Counted from the stretch's first letter, positions 1 to 10,049 are shown. The stretch: DNA of 64,000 nt from Pseudobutyrivibrio sp. UBA3626 (GCA_002373675.1 DFLF01000002.1:65984-129983), one strand, 5' to 3'. Numbers and translations are program-made. The notes: generated from the letters alone by a model not told the origin.

Positions 1-57
1 ATTGATGAGAGTGAATAAGAATAAAGTAATATATTATTATTAAAAGGGGGAGACATA

Positions 58-1038
58 ATGGCTAACAAAACAGGTCAAAAGCTAAAACTTCTATATGTTA
101 TGAATATTCTTCTAAATGAAACTGATGAGAACCATCCGCTTAACGCTAACGAAATAATCGATAGGTTAAATGAGATGGGAGTTGATGCTGAGAGAAAGAG
201 CATTTATTCTGATATCAGTACGCTACTTGAGTATGGGCTCAATATTGAGAAATCAGAAGAGTACAAAGGCGGTTATTATATAGCTGATAAGAGTTTTGAG
301 TTAGCAGAGCTTAAATTATTAGTTGATGCTATTTCTTCTTCTAGATTCATAAGTGAGAAGAAGGCTAAGGATCTTGTTGACAGAATAGCTGGTCTTGGAA
401 ATGTATATGACGCTCGTGAGCTTTCTAGACAGGTAGTAGTTCCTAATAGGAACCAGGGACGCGGAGAGAAGACGTTCTATGCTATTGACACAATTTATAG
501 ATGTATTGACGAGAACCACAAGATGTCATTTAAATATTTTAAATGGAATGCTAAGAAGGAAAAAGAGTTTAAATACGATGGAGAGCGTATAACTGTAAGT
601 CCTGCATGTCTTATGTGGTTTGACGAGAACTATTATCTTGTGGCTTATTCTGATAAAAGAGAAGACATAAGATACTATAGAGTTGATAAGATGGAATCAG
701 TTGAGGAGATTGATGAGCTTCGAGAAGGGATTGCAGATATAGATCGTAAGAGAATCGCACAGATTGCAAGAAACTCTTTCGGCATGTATCAGGGTGAGAC
801 AAGAACTGTAAATATTGTCTGCGATAGTTCTATAGTAGGTGTCTTTATTGATAGATTTGGATATGATATAGATATTACAGAAAAGGGCAATAAGGCAAGA
901 GTAAGGATAGAATTAGAAGTGAGTCCTCAATTCTATGGTTGGATATCAGGATTAGGTGATAAAGCCTATATCGAAGGACCAAAAGATATAAGAGATGAAT
1001 ACAAAGATTATATCAAAGCTCTTATGAAAAATTACTAA
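58..1038 (+). CDS. WYL domain-containing transcriptional regulator (N-terminal winged HTH plus WYL sensor domain)
   Basis: 326-aa ORF. N-terminal HTH-like segment is KLKLLYVMNILL..HPLNANEIIDRL. The central segment LMWFDENYYLVAYSD...IRYYRVDKM is typical of WYL domains. GGGGGAG Shine-Dalgarno lies 5 nt upstream of the ATG. Confidence 0.75.
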   Translation: MANKTGQKLKLLYVMNILLNETDENHPLNANEIIDRLNEMGVDAERKSIYSDISTLLEYGLNIEKSEEYKGGYYIADKSFELAELKLLVDAISSSRFISEKKAKDLVDRIAGLGNVYDARELSRQVVVPNRNQGRGEKTFYAIDTIYRCIDENHKMSFKYFKWNAKKEKEFKYDGERITVSPACLMWFDENYYLVAYSDKREDIRYYRVDKMESVEEIDELREGIADIDRKRIAQIARNSFGMYQGETRTVNIVCDSSIVGVFIDRFGYDIDITEKGNKARVRIELEVSPQFYGWISGLGDKAYIEGPKDIRDEYKDYIKALMKNY

Positions 1039-1045
1039 ATCGTAA

Positions 1046-1080
1046 AAATGCGTAAGCTTATTATCAAAGCTTACGCATTT
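1046..1080. terminator. Bidirectional intrinsic terminator between convergent genes
   Basis: Perfect 14-bp stem: AAATGCGTAAGCTT (1046-1059) pairs with AAGCTTACGCATTT (1067-1080) around a 7-nt loop. A/T runs lie on both sides. Confidence 0.8.
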
Positions 1081-1081
1081 C

Positions 1082-1741
1082 TTATTCCTGGAAATCTTCT
1101 AAATTATCAAAGGTGGCAAGTAGTTCATCTAGATGTCTTAGAATACTGTCTTTCATTATTCCTTCGTAGTGCTCTGCCTGGTCTCTAAGAACCCGTATTT
1201 TCCTGGATTGACCTTTTTCTTTGTAGCAATCTCCAAGAAGTGTATAATTCTTACTGATATCAGTCTTTATTGCAATGCCATACTCTAGAACTTTGATGGC
1301 ATCGTCATATCTGTTTATGTTTATTAGAGCATTTGCATAATCAATTAATACCACAGTAAGATCGTTAAAATTCTCGCCGACCTGTTGCATTTTCTCAAAA
1401 TTAACGACACCATATTCTTCTTTCAAATCCGTATTGGTTTTCCCGGTGAGATTGAGTATTTCTTTTTTTGATAAAGCCATAAGCTTTTCCTCGATTTCTT
1501 TGAGATCTGAATCATCTATCTCCCCAATAGGAAATTTGTCAATTGGTATATCCAAATACTTTAGACTAGAGATATCTTTTGTGGGAGTAGAATTAGCTCT
1601 TCTCTCTCTCTCATAAAAGGCATCGTTATCATTATCTATTTTCTTGTTAAGATATCTGTATCTTAGTGCAAGTGCAATCATTCCGATTAGCACTATGCCC
1701 AAAATAGGAAATAACATTTGTGCATCCTTTCCATAAACCAC
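1082..1741 (-). CDS. Hypothetical membrane-anchored protein with helical-repeat (TPR-like) C-terminal part
   Basis: 219-aa ORF with one N-terminal hydrophobic helix (LFPILGIVLIGMIALAL). The remainder is an acidic, helical soluble part. I recognise no family motif. Confidence 0.5.
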   Translation of the reverse strand: MVYGKDAQMLFPILGIVLIGMIALALRYRYLNKKIDNDNDAFYERERRANSTPTKDISSLKYLDIPIDKFPIGEIDDSDLKEIEEKLMALSKKEILNLTGKTNTDLKEEYGVVNFEKMQQVGENFNDLTVVLIDYANALININRYDDAIKVLEYGIAIKTDISKNYTLLGDCYKEKGQSRKIRVLRDQAEHYEGIMKDSILRHLDELLATFDNLEDFQE

Positions 1742-1855
1742 GTATATTTTATATAAAAAAAGTCAAAAAATATGTAATGAATCTGATATAATAATTAAGG
1801 TGTAAAATACAAGTGAAATTATTATAACATATTTTGAGATATGTAAGTAGAGATT

Positions 1856-3448
1856 ATGAGGGTACTTATGAAGAAGATTAGTAAAAGAATTGTATTGATA
1901 ATGTCAGTTGTTGCTTTCTCTATGGCATTATTTGTTGGATTTGAGGTTACGGCTGCTAACACAAATAATACAACTAATTCTACATCATCTAATTCAACTG
2001 ATAAATCTGATGCAAAGGATACTGCTGGTGAGAAGACAATTCCTAAGGGAATTACCATTGAAGGTACTGATGTATCAGGACAAAGCGTATCAAAGGCAAC
2101 AAAGACAATAGACACTTCACTTGGTAATTCCAAGAGCACAGTATTTAAACTGGTAGCTGGTGATAAGTCAGTTGATGCAACAGGTAAAGATTTGGATCTT
2201 TGCATAAAGAATTCAGATGTTGCAGAGCGCGCAGCTAATTATGGTAATGAAGGTAATCCTTTGTACAGATATAAAGCATCTAAGGATTTGGAGTCTGGAA
2301 AAGGAAAAGACTTTAAGATATCACTTACAGCCAAGAACGCTTCAGTTGCCAAATATCTTGAGAAAAATAAAATTTATCTTGATACAAAGGTTGTTAATAA
2401 CGGATTAAAGAGAGAGAATGGTACATTTCAATATGTACCGGGAACTCAGGGAAAGATTGTAGATATTAATCAATCGGCAGATAAGATAGCAGATTTCATT
2501 AGTAAAGGCTGGAACGGTTCTAATAGCCAGATTGATTTGGTTGTGGAGACAAAAGATCCAATTGGAAGCCAGGAAGAATTAGCATCCGTAAAGGATTGCC
2601 TGGGAAGTTTTAATACTGACTTTTCTTCATCGGCAGCCGGAAGATCTAAGAATGTAAAAAATGGATGTTCTAAGATAAATGGTTCAATTCTTTATCCGGG
2701 AGAGACATTCTCTGTTACTGATGCGGTAGTTCCTTTTACAGCAGAAAATGGATATGAACTTGCAGGTTCTTATGAAAATGGAACGACTGTTGAGTCATAC
2801 GGTGGAGGAATATGTCAGGTGTCATCAACTTTATATAATGCAGTTATTAGAGCTGAGCTTGAGATTGTACAGCGTAATAATCACTCCATGATAGTTACTT
2901 ATGTTCCGCCATCTGCAGATGCAGCCATTGCTGAAGGAATACTTGATTTTAAGTTCAAGAACAATCAAAGCACACCAATCTACATTGAAGGATATTGTGA
3001 AGGTGGCAAGATTTATTTCAATGTATACGGTAAAGAGACTAGAGATTCTAATAGAAAAATTGACTTTGTCAGTGAAGTAACATCTCAGACCGATGCAGGA
3101 GTGTCATTTAAGTATTCGCCTGAATTACCGGCTGGAACAATTAAGAAAGAACAAAGTGCTCATACTGGATACACAGCAAGACTTTGGAAGGTTGTTACTG
3201 TAAATGGACAAGAACAGAGCAGAAATGTATTTAATAATAGTACATACAAGCCAGGTAATACGATTTACTCAATAGGATCGGGAGGTCTTTCTGCAGAAGG
3301 AAAGGCGGCAATTGATGCGGCAATAGCAACTAACGATGAGGCAGCGGTCAAAGCAGCAGTCGCTGGTGCGCCAACAGCAGCCGCTCCTGCGCCTGATGCT
3401 CCCCAGCCAGATGCAGCGCAACAGCAGGAGGCTCAACCGGCACAATAA
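1856..3448 (+). CDS. VanW family protein with G5-like domain and Ala/Pro/Gln-rich C-terminal tail
   Basis: 530-aa ORF with an N-terminal signal or TM segment. VanW core motif is GGGICQVSSTLYNA...IVTYVPP. A G5-like segment (TVNGQEQSR..YKPGN) follows. The start could instead be ATG 1868 (MKKISKR), which has GAGGG upstream. Confidence 0.75.
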   Translation: MRVLMKKISKRIVLIMSVVAFSMALFVGFEVTAANTNNTTNSTSSNSTDKSDAKDTAGEKTIPKGITIEGTDVSGQSVSKATKTIDTSLGNSKSTVFKLVAGDKSVDATGKDLDLCIKNSDVAERAANYGNEGNPLYRYKASKDLESGKGKDFKISLTAKNASVAKYLEKNKIYLDTKVVNNGLKRENGTFQYVPGTQGKIVDINQSADKIADFISKGWNGSNSQIDLVVETKDPIGSQEELASVKDCLGSFNTDFSSSAAGRSKNVKNGCSKINGSILYPGETFSVTDAVVPFTAENGYELAGSYENGTTVESYGGGICQVSSTLYNAVIRAELEIVQRNNHSMIVTYVPPSADAAIAEGILDFKFKNNQSTPIYIEGYCEGGKIYFNVYGKETRDSNRKIDFVSEVTSQTDAGVSFKYSPELPAGTIKKEQSAHTGYTARLWKVVTVNGQEQSRNVFNNSTYKPGNTIYSIGSGGLSAEGKAAIDAAIATNDEAAVKAAVAGAPTAAAPAPDAPQPDAAQQQEAQPAQ

Positions 3449-3482
3449 TATGTGATTAATAGATTATAATTATGAAAAGGAT

Positions 3483-3512
3483 AAGACTGCTCATAGTTTG
3501 AGCAGTCTTTTG
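3483..3512 (+). terminator. Intrinsic terminator after the VanW-family gene
   Basis: Stem AAGACTGCTC (3483-3492) pairs with GAGCAGTCTT (3500-3509), followed by a T-run. Confidence 0.75.
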
Positions 3513-3526
3513 TGGTATGATATAAT

Positions 3527-4519
3527 ATGAAAGTGGGAAAATTGCCTGAAAATGTGCTTAAACGCGCAGTTCTGAAAAAAACTAACAATGTAAGAGAAGA
3601 GGTATTAATAGGAGCAAGTGTTGGAGAAGACTGTGCGGCATTAAAACTTAAAGAAGATGAAGCTTTGGTTATGTCTACGGATCCTATTACTGGAACTGCC
3701 AAAGATATCGGTAAACTGGCTGTGTATATAACCGTTAATGACATAGCCTGTTCCGGTGCTGAACCTTTCGGAATAATGCTTACAATACTTCTTCCAGACA
3801 AGTCCTTAGAGGATGAATTAAGAGAAATAATGTCTGATGTATATGATGTGTGTCACGAGCTGGATATACAGGTTATTGGTGGACATACAGAAGTAACAAG
3901 AGTAGTGAATCAGCCGTTAATATCCGTAACCGGTGTGGGGAAGGTTAAGGAAGGAAAACTCCTTAGAACTGGCCAGATTAAGCCGGGTATGGACATTGTA
4001 ATGACTAAGGCAATCGGACTTGAAGGTACAAGTATTATTGCAAAAGAAAGGTACGATGAACTTGTATCTCATTTCAATAAAGAAATGATAGATAAGGCAG
4101 TAAGTTTTGATAAAGAGATATTGATTGTTGATGAAGCGAAAGCCGTTAGAGATTTGGCTTCGTCTATGCATGATGTAACAGAAGGTGGAATGTTCGGAGC
4201 CCTTTGGGAGATAGCCGAAGCATCTGATGTTGGTCTTGATATTTTCCTTAAGAAGATTAATGTCAGACAGGAAACTATAGAGATATGTGAATATTTCAAG
4301 ATAAATCCATATAAATTAATATCATCAGGCTCTCTTCTTATAGCAGCAGAAGATGGAACTGAGATTGTAAATGTGTTATCGAAGCAGGGAATTGATGCAA
4401 CAATAATTGGCAAAGCAACAGATTCAAATGATAGAAGATTAATAAATAATGATGAGATAAGATTCTTAGAAACGCCACAGAAGGATGAATTGTATCAGGT
4501 GATTGGAGGAAGAGACTAA
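3527..4519 (+). CDS. AIR synthase-related protein (PurM/HypE/ThiL-fold, function unknown)
   Basis: 330-aa ORF. The N-terminus MKVGKLPENVLKRAVL..GEDCAAL...DPITG and the later GGHTE motif match the AIR-synthase-related superfamily. Its stop overlaps the next start (TAATG at 4517-4521). Confidence 0.7.
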   Translation: MKVGKLPENVLKRAVLKKTNNVREEVLIGASVGEDCAALKLKEDEALVMSTDPITGTAKDIGKLAVYITVNDIACSGAEPFGIMLTILLPDKSLEDELREIMSDVYDVCHELDIQVIGGHTEVTRVVNQPLISVTGVGKVKEGKLLRTGQIKPGMDIVMTKAIGLEGTSIIAKERYDELVSHFNKEMIDKAVSFDKEILIVDEAKAVRDLASSMHDVTEGGMFGALWEIAEASDVGLDIFLKKINVRQETIEICEYFKINPYKLISSGSLLIAAEDGTEIVNVLSKQGIDATIIGKATDSNDRRLINNDEIRFLETPQKDELYQVIGGRD

Positions 4520-5001
4520 TGAGAGAAAAGATACTTAATTACATCGAAAAGAATAGCCGAATAGATATACATGACCTGGCTGTTCTAGTAGACGCTGATG
4601 AGGCTAGCGTGTTAAACTGTCTTGAAGAGATGGAAAATGATCATATAATATGTGGTTATCATACGCTTATAAACTGGGATAAGGTAGGTGTTGAGAAAGT
4701 TACTGCACTGATAGAAGTTAGAGTAACACCTCAGAGAGGAATGGGATTTGATAAGGTTGCAGAACATATCTATCATTATCCTGAAGTTAACGCTTTGTAT
4801 CTTATTTCTGGAGGCTTTGACTTTATGGTTATTATCGAAGGGAAGACGCTTAGAGAAGTATCTGAATTTGTATCTGCAAAGCTTTCTCCATTAGAATCTA
4901 TTCTTAGTACAAAGACGAATTTTATTCTTAAAAAGTATAAGGATCACGGAACTGTAATGCAGGCAGGTCATAAGGATGAAAGGGAATTGATTTTACCATG
5001 A
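4519..5001 (+). CDS. Lrp/AsnC family transcriptional regulator (AlaR-like position)
   Basis: 160-aa ORF with an N-terminal HTH and a C-terminal AsnC-type ligand domain (VTALIEVRV...ISGGFDFMVIIEG). It overlaps the downstream aminotransferase by 4 nt, as in the Bacillus alaR-alaT arrangement. Confidence 0.8.
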   Translation: MREKILNYIEKNSRIDIHDLAVLVDADEASVLNCLEEMENDHIICGYHTLINWDKVGVEKVTALIEVRVTPQRGMGFDKVAEHIYHYPEVNALYLISGGFDFMVIIEGKTLREVSEFVSAKLSPLESILSTKTNFILKKYKDHGTVMQAGHKDERELILP

Positions 5002-6176
5002 GAAATCCACTTAATAAAACAATAGTAGAAATTGAACCATCAGGAATAAGAAAGTTCTTCGACATTGTAAGTGAGATGAAGGATGCAATATCACTAGGTG
5101 TTGGTGAACCGGATTTTGATACACCCTGGAGAGTGAGAGACGAGGCCATTTATTCTCTTGAACAGGGAAGAACTTTCTATACAAGTAATGCTGGGCTCAA
5201 AGAATTAAAAGAAGAAATAGCCAATTTCCTGGATAGAAGATATGACATGAAGTATAATCCCTATGAGGAAATGTTAATAACCGTAGGAGGCTCTGAAGCA
5301 ATAGATATTGCTCTTCGTGCAATGCTTGATCCGGGTGATGAGGTGTTAATTCCACAACCAAGCTATGTATCTTATGTGCCTTGTGCAATTCTGGCAAATG
5401 GAACACCTGTTATTATAGAATTAAAAGAAGAAAATGATTTTAGGCTTACAGCTGAAGAATTAGAGGAAAAAATAACTGATAAGACTAAAATGTTAGTACT
5501 TCCATTTCCTAATAATCCTACAGGTGCTGTACTTGAGAGAAAAGACTTAGAAGCTATTGCTAAAGTTATAGAAAAACATGACTTATTTGTCTTATCTGAT
5601 GAAATATATTCAGAACTTACCTATCTTGAGAAGCATGTAAGTATAGTTAATATTCCAGGTATGAGAGAGAGAACCGTTCTTATAAATGGTTTTTCAAAAT
5701 CTCATGCTATGACAGGATGGAGGCTTGGATATGCATGCGCGCCGAAAAAGATAATTGAGCAAATGCTTAAGATTCATCAATTTGCAATTATGTGTGCGCC
5801 AACAACAAGCCAATACGCTGCAGTTACAGCCATTAGAGATTGCGACAAAGAAGTGGCGGATATGAGAGAAGAGTATAACGATAGACGAAGATATTTGCTT
5901 CATAGATTTGATGAAATGGGACTAAAATGTTTTGAGCCTTTTGGAGCATTCTATATGTTTCCTTCTATTAAGGAGTTTAATATGACATCAGATGAATTCG
6001 CTACAAGACTTCTTAAATCCAAGAAAGTTGCGGTGGTTCCCGGCAATGCTTTTGGCTCATGCGGAGAAGGTTTCCTTAGAATATCCTACGCATATTCTCT
6101 TAGCAATCTGAAGGAAGCCCTAGATAGAATGGAAGATTTTATTAAGGAATTAAGAGAGGAACAACATGCCTCTTAA
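4998..6176 (+). CDS. Class I pyridoxal-phosphate-dependent aminotransferase (AlaT/YugH-like)
   Basis: 392-aa ORF with motifs GEPDFDTP, PNNPTG and SFSKSHAMTGWRLGY (PLP lysine context). Confidence 0.85.
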   Translation: MRNPLNKTIVEIEPSGIRKFFDIVSEMKDAISLGVGEPDFDTPWRVRDEAIYSLEQGRTFYTSNAGLKELKEEIANFLDRRYDMKYNPYEEMLITVGGSEAIDIALRAMLDPGDEVLIPQPSYVSYVPCAILANGTPVIIELKEENDFRLTAEELEEKITDKTKMLVLPFPNNPTGAVLERKDLEAIAKVIEKHDLFVLSDEIYSELTYLEKHVSIVNIPGMRERTVLINGFSKSHAMTGWRLGYACAPKKIIEQMLKIHQFAIMCAPTTSQYAAVTAIRDCDKEVADMREEYNDRRRYLLHRFDEMGLKCFEPFGAFYMFPSIKEFNMTSDEFATRLLKSKKVAVVPGNAFGSCGEGFLRISYAYSLSNLKEALDRMEDFIKELREEQHAS

Positions 6177-6663
6177 TATTGTATTGCTAGAACCGGAGAT
6201 ACCAGCTAATACTGGTAATATAGGAAGAACCTGTGTGGCAACAGGCACAAAGCTTCATTTAATTGAACCACTGGGATTTGTTATTAATGATAAGACATTA
6301 AAGAGAGCCGGAATGGATTATTGGAAGGACTTAGATGTGGAAATATATGATGATTATAATGATTTCTTGACTAAGAATCCAGATGCTAATATTTATATGG
6401 CGAGTACCAAGGCTCATAATGTATATTCAGATGCGAAATATAAAGATGGAGATTATATAATGTTCGGCAAAGAGAGCGGTGGTATTCCAGAAGAGATTTT
6501 AATAAAGAATCCTGATAAATGTGTGAGAATACCTATGGAATCTGATATACGCTCTTTGAATTTATCTAATTCAGTTGCAATTGTATTATATGAGGCGCTA
6601 AGGCAACAGAACTTTAGTACCCTTAGCACGATGGGAGAATTACATAGACTGTCATGGGAATAA
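6166..6663 (+). CDS. trmL: tRNA (cytidine/uridine-2'-O-)-methyltransferase TrmL (SpoU/TrmH family)
   Basis: 165-aa ORF. LNIVLLEPEIPANTGNIGRTC and the C-terminal SLNLSNSVAIVLYEALRQ match the SPOUT knot region. Confidence 0.85.
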   Translation: MPLNIVLLEPEIPANTGNIGRTCVATGTKLHLIEPLGFVINDKTLKRAGMDYWKDLDVEIYDDYNDFLTKNPDANIYMASTKAHNVYSDAKYKDGDYIMFGKESGGIPEEILIKNPDKCVRIPMESDIRSLNLSNSVAIVLYEALRQQNFSTLSTMGELHRLSWE

Positions 6664-7499
6664 TTAAAGCGAAGGATGTATCGTATCAATATATAAGAAG
6701 AGATGAAGAAGATAATATTGAAGATGTTAATGTCGCTCTAGACAAGATTAATATAGAGGTTGAAAAAGGTCAGTTTATATGTATTCTTGGTCATAATGGT
6801 TCCGGCAAATCAACATTTGCAAAACATATTAATGCACTTCTTACTCCTAGCGAGGGTACATTATGGGTGGATGGACTTGATACTTCAGAAGAAGATAAGG
6901 TCATGTCAATTAGGCAGAAGGCAGGAATGGTATTTCAGAATCCTGACAATCAGATTATTGCCAGTATTGTGGAAGAAGATGTTGGATTTGGACCTGAGAA
7001 TATGGGAGTTCCTACTGACGAAATATGGGAGCGTGTAATTAGAAGTCTCAAAGCTGTAGATATGTGGGAGTATAGAGACCATTCTCCCAATAAGCTTTCA
7101 GGAGGTCAGAAACAGCGAGTTGCAATAGCAGGTGTAATGGCTATGGAGCCGGAATGCATTGTTGCAGATGAGCCAACGGCTATGTTAGACCCTCTTGGTA
7201 GACAGGAAGTTATAGAGGCTCTTCATCAGCTTAATAGAGAAAAGCATGTAACTGTTATTCTTATTACTCATTACATGGAAGAAGTTGTTGATGCTGATAA
7301 AGTATATGTAATGCATAATGGTAAAGTGTCACTTCAAGGTACACCAAGGGAGATTTTCTCTCAGGTGGAGCGCTTAAAAGAGCTGAGTCTGGATGTTCCT
7401 CAGGTCACATTACTTGCACATGAGTTGAAACAGGCAGGGCTTGATATTCAGGATGGAATACTTACAAGGCAGGAATTAATAGATTCTTTGCCAAGATAG
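6654..7499 (+). CDS. ecfA1: Energy-coupling factor transporter ATPase EcfA1
   Basis: Walker A GHNGSGKST, signature LSGGQKQR, Walker B IVADEPTAMLD. It sits in the conserved ecfA1-ecfA2-ecfT-truA order. Confidence 0.9.
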   Translation: MGIIKAKDVSYQYIRRDEEDNIEDVNVALDKINIEVEKGQFICILGHNGSGKSTFAKHINALLTPSEGTLWVDGLDTSEEDKVMSIRQKAGMVFQNPDNQIIASIVEEDVGFGPENMGVPTDEIWERVIRSLKAVDMWEYRDHSPNKLSGGQKQRVAIAGVMAMEPECIVADEPTAMLDPLGRQEVIEALHQLNREKHVTVILITHYMEEVVDADKVYVMHNGKVSLQGTPREIFSQVERLKELSLDVPQVTLLAHELKQAGLDIQDGILTRQELIDSLPR

Positions 7500-7515
7500 A
7501 AGATTAGGAAGAATC

Positions 7516-8367
7516 ATGTCAATTATATTGGATAAGGTGTCTCATGTATATTCTCCTGGAAATGCTTATGAGACAACGGCACTTTCAAATGTGTCGCTTA
7601 AAATTGAAGATAATGAATTCCTTGGAATAATTGGTCACACAGGGTCGGGAAAATCTACCTTGATTCAGCATATGAATGGACTTCTTAAGCCGAGTAGTGG
7701 GACAATTTATTATAATGGAAAGGATACTTCTAAGAAAGATTTCCCCAGGAAAGAACTGAGAAGTAAGGTGGGGATGGTGTTTCAATATCCTGAACACCAG
7801 CTTTTTGAACCAACTGTTTTCGAGGATGTATGCTTTGGACCTAAAAATCTTGGTCTCTCCAAAGAAGAGGTTGATGATAGGGTATATGAGGCATTGAAGC
7901 TTGTGGAATTTCCAGAGGAGTTAATATCGGCATCCCCTTTTGATTTGTCTGGTGGACAGAAAAGAAGGGCAGCTATTGCCGGTGTTCTTGCAATGAAACC
8001 GGATATATTGATTCTTGATGAACCAACAGCTGGTCTTGATCCTAAAGGGCGGGATGAAATCCTTGGAATGATTGATAAAATGCATAAAAAGACGAAAAAT
8101 ACTGTTGTATTAGTCTCTCATAGTATGGAGGATATAGCAAGATTTGTGGATAGAATAATCGTCATGAACCACGGCAAGATAGAATATGACGATACGCCCA
8201 AGGGAGTATTTAATAATTATAAAGAACTTGAGCAAATGGGGCTTCGAGCCCCTGAAATAACATATCTTATGAATGATATGTTAAGATATGGCTTTGATGT
8301 TTCTTCTGATGTAACAACAATAGAAGAGGCAAAGAAAGAGATACTTAAGCTTTATGGTATAAACTAA
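7516..8367 (+). CDS. ecfA2: Energy-coupling factor transporter ATPase EcfA2
   Basis: Walker A GHTGSGKST, signature LSGGQKRR, Walker B LILDEPTAGLD. Confidence 0.9.
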   Translation: MSIILDKVSHVYSPGNAYETTALSNVSLKIEDNEFLGIIGHTGSGKSTLIQHMNGLLKPSSGTIYYNGKDTSKKDFPRKELRSKVGMVFQYPEHQLFEPTVFEDVCFGPKNLGLSKEEVDDRVYEALKLVEFPEELISASPFDLSGGQKRRAAIAGVLAMKPDILILDEPTAGLDPKGRDEILGMIDKMHKKTKNTVVLVSHSMEDIARFVDRIIVMNHGKIEYDDTPKGVFNNYKELEQMGLRAPEITYLMNDMLRYGFDVSSDVTTIEEAKKEILKLYGIN

Positions 8368-8379
8368 AGGATAGATATA

Positions 8380-9222
8380 ATGTTTAGAGAACTTACGATA
8401 GGTCAATATTACCCGGGTGATTCTATAATACATCGCCTTGATCCTAGAGTTAAATTAATGGGTGCACTTTTATTTATAGTTAGTGTCTTTTTGGCAAGCA
8501 ATATATTTTCAATACTTGTTGTGACAGCATTTTTGATTGCTATAATTGTACTGTGTAAAGTGCCTTTGTCCTTTATGCTTAAAGGCCTTAGGTCTATTGT
8601 TTTGTTGCTTGTTATTGCAGGCATATTTAATCTGTTTTTGACACCAGGAACTGTTCTTTTTCAATTAGGATTTCTACATATTACCGATGTGGGTATTAAG
8701 AATTGTATTTTTATGATAATAAGAATGACATATCTTATTGTTGGTACGTCAGTAATGACCTTGACTACAACACCAAATGCTTTGACTGCTGGCTTGGAGA
8801 AATCACTAGGATTTTTAAAAAAGATTAGAATTCCTGTGCATGAGATTGCAATGATGATGTCGATTGCTCTTAGATTTATTCCTATTCTTGTTGAGGAAAC
8901 AGACAAAATAATGAAGGCACAGATGGCAAGAGGAGCTGATTTTGAATCGGGGGGTGTATTTAAAAGGGCAAAAAGTATGGTTCCGATTCTAGTGCCATTA
9001 TTTGTATCAGCTTTTAGAAGAGCCAATGACTTGGCACTTGCCATGGAGGCGAGATGTTATAATGGTGGCGACGGAAGAACTAAGATGAAGCCATTAAAGT
9101 ATAATCAAAGTGATAAGAATGCCTATGCTTTAGAAATAGGCTTTGTAGCATTAACAATTATTGCTAATATATTATATAATCGATACGTTAGCGGTTTGTT
9201 TGCCAATATGCTTGGAGTATAA
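8380..9222 (+). CDS. ecfT: Energy-coupling factor transporter transmembrane protein EcfT
   Basis: 280-aa polytopic ORF. The N-terminal YYPGDSIIHRLDPRVKL and the ARG..F / ALAMEARCY motifs are typical of CbiQ/EcfT. Confidence 0.88.
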   Translation: MFRELTIGQYYPGDSIIHRLDPRVKLMGALLFIVSVFLASNIFSILVVTAFLIAIIVLCKVPLSFMLKGLRSIVLLLVIAGIFNLFLTPGTVLFQLGFLHITDVGIKNCIFMIIRMTYLIVGTSVMTLTTTPNALTAGLEKSLGFLKKIRIPVHEIAMMMSIALRFIPILVEETDKIMKAQMARGADFESGGVFKRAKSMVPILVPLFVSAFRRANDLALAMEARCYNGGDGRTKMKPLKYNQSDKNAYALEIGFVALTIIANILYNRYVSGLFANMLGV

Positions 9223-9253
9223 TATGTGGCGTTTCCTTCGTCACATATTTTTA
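9221..9253 (+). terminator. Intrinsic terminator after ecfT
   Basis: AATATGTG (9221-9228) pairs with CACATATT (9242-9249), followed by a T-run. Confidence 0.6.
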
Positions 9254-9284
9254 TATAGTAATTAATTGAGAATAGGGTGTTGTT

Positions 9285-10019
9285 TTGAGAATAAAACTAA
9301 TTGTTGCATATGATGGTACTAATTATCATGGATGGCAAGTGCAACCTAATGGTATTACAATTGAAGAAGTACTTAATAAGGCACTTTCGGAACTCTTTTC
9401 ACAAGATATCAAAGTGCTTGGGGCTAGTAGAACAGATGCTGGAGTACATTCTCTGGGAAATGTTGCTATATTTGATGTGGATTCTAAGATGGAGCCTACA
9501 AGAATTAGCTATGCATTAAATACAAGGATTCCTGAAGATATAGTTGTTCTAGATTCCTGTAGAGTGGATGATGATTGGCATCCGCATTTCGTATCATCTG
9601 TTAAGACGTATGAATATCGAATTCTTAATAGAACATTTCAAGATCCTCTTAGACGTCTCAATACATATCATTATCATCACACCCTTGATATAGACAAGAT
9701 GATTAAAGCGGCAAAGAGTTTTGAGGGAACTCATGACTTCTCGGCATTTTGTTCTGTTAAAGCTCAAGTGAAAACATTTGAAAGAACTCTTTATTCTGTG
9801 GATGTGCGAAAAGAAGATGATGAGATAGTAATAAGATGTAGGGGAAATGGATTTCTATACAATATGGTTCGGATTATTGCAGGTACATTAATCGCTGTTG
9901 GACAGGGAAGAATTAAGCCAGAAGAAATTATTGATATTATTGAAGGAAAAGATAGAGAGAAAGCCGGACCTACGGCACCTGCTTGTGGATTAACATTAGT
10001 GGGTATTGAATACGAATAA
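9285..10019 (+). CDS. truA: tRNA pseudouridine(38-40) synthase TruA
   Basis: 244-aa ORF with IKLIVAYDGTNYHGWQVQ and GASRTDAGVHSLGNV (catalytic Asp motif). TTG start. Confidence 0.9.
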   Translation: MRIKLIVAYDGTNYHGWQVQPNGITIEEVLNKALSELFSQDIKVLGASRTDAGVHSLGNVAIFDVDSKMEPTRISYALNTRIPEDIVVLDSCRVDDDWHPHFVSSVKTYEYRILNRTFQDPLRRLNTYHYHHTLDIDKMIKAAKSFEGTHDFSAFCSVKAQVKTFERTLYSVDVRKEDDEIVIRCRGNGFLYNMVRIIAGTLIAVGQGRIKPEEIIDIIEGKDREKAGPTAPACGLTLVGIEYE

Positions 10020-10049
10020 TATGATATAATAATTTTGAAGGTGCATATT

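Noticed and set aside
3515-3533. Possible leaderless mRNA for the AIR-synthase-like gene: TATAAT directly abuts ATG 3527 and no Shine-Dalgarno is visible.
   Set aside because: A -10 box touching the start codon would place the transcription start inside the ORF. It cannot be supported without 5'-end data. A weak or atypical RBS is the more economical explanation.
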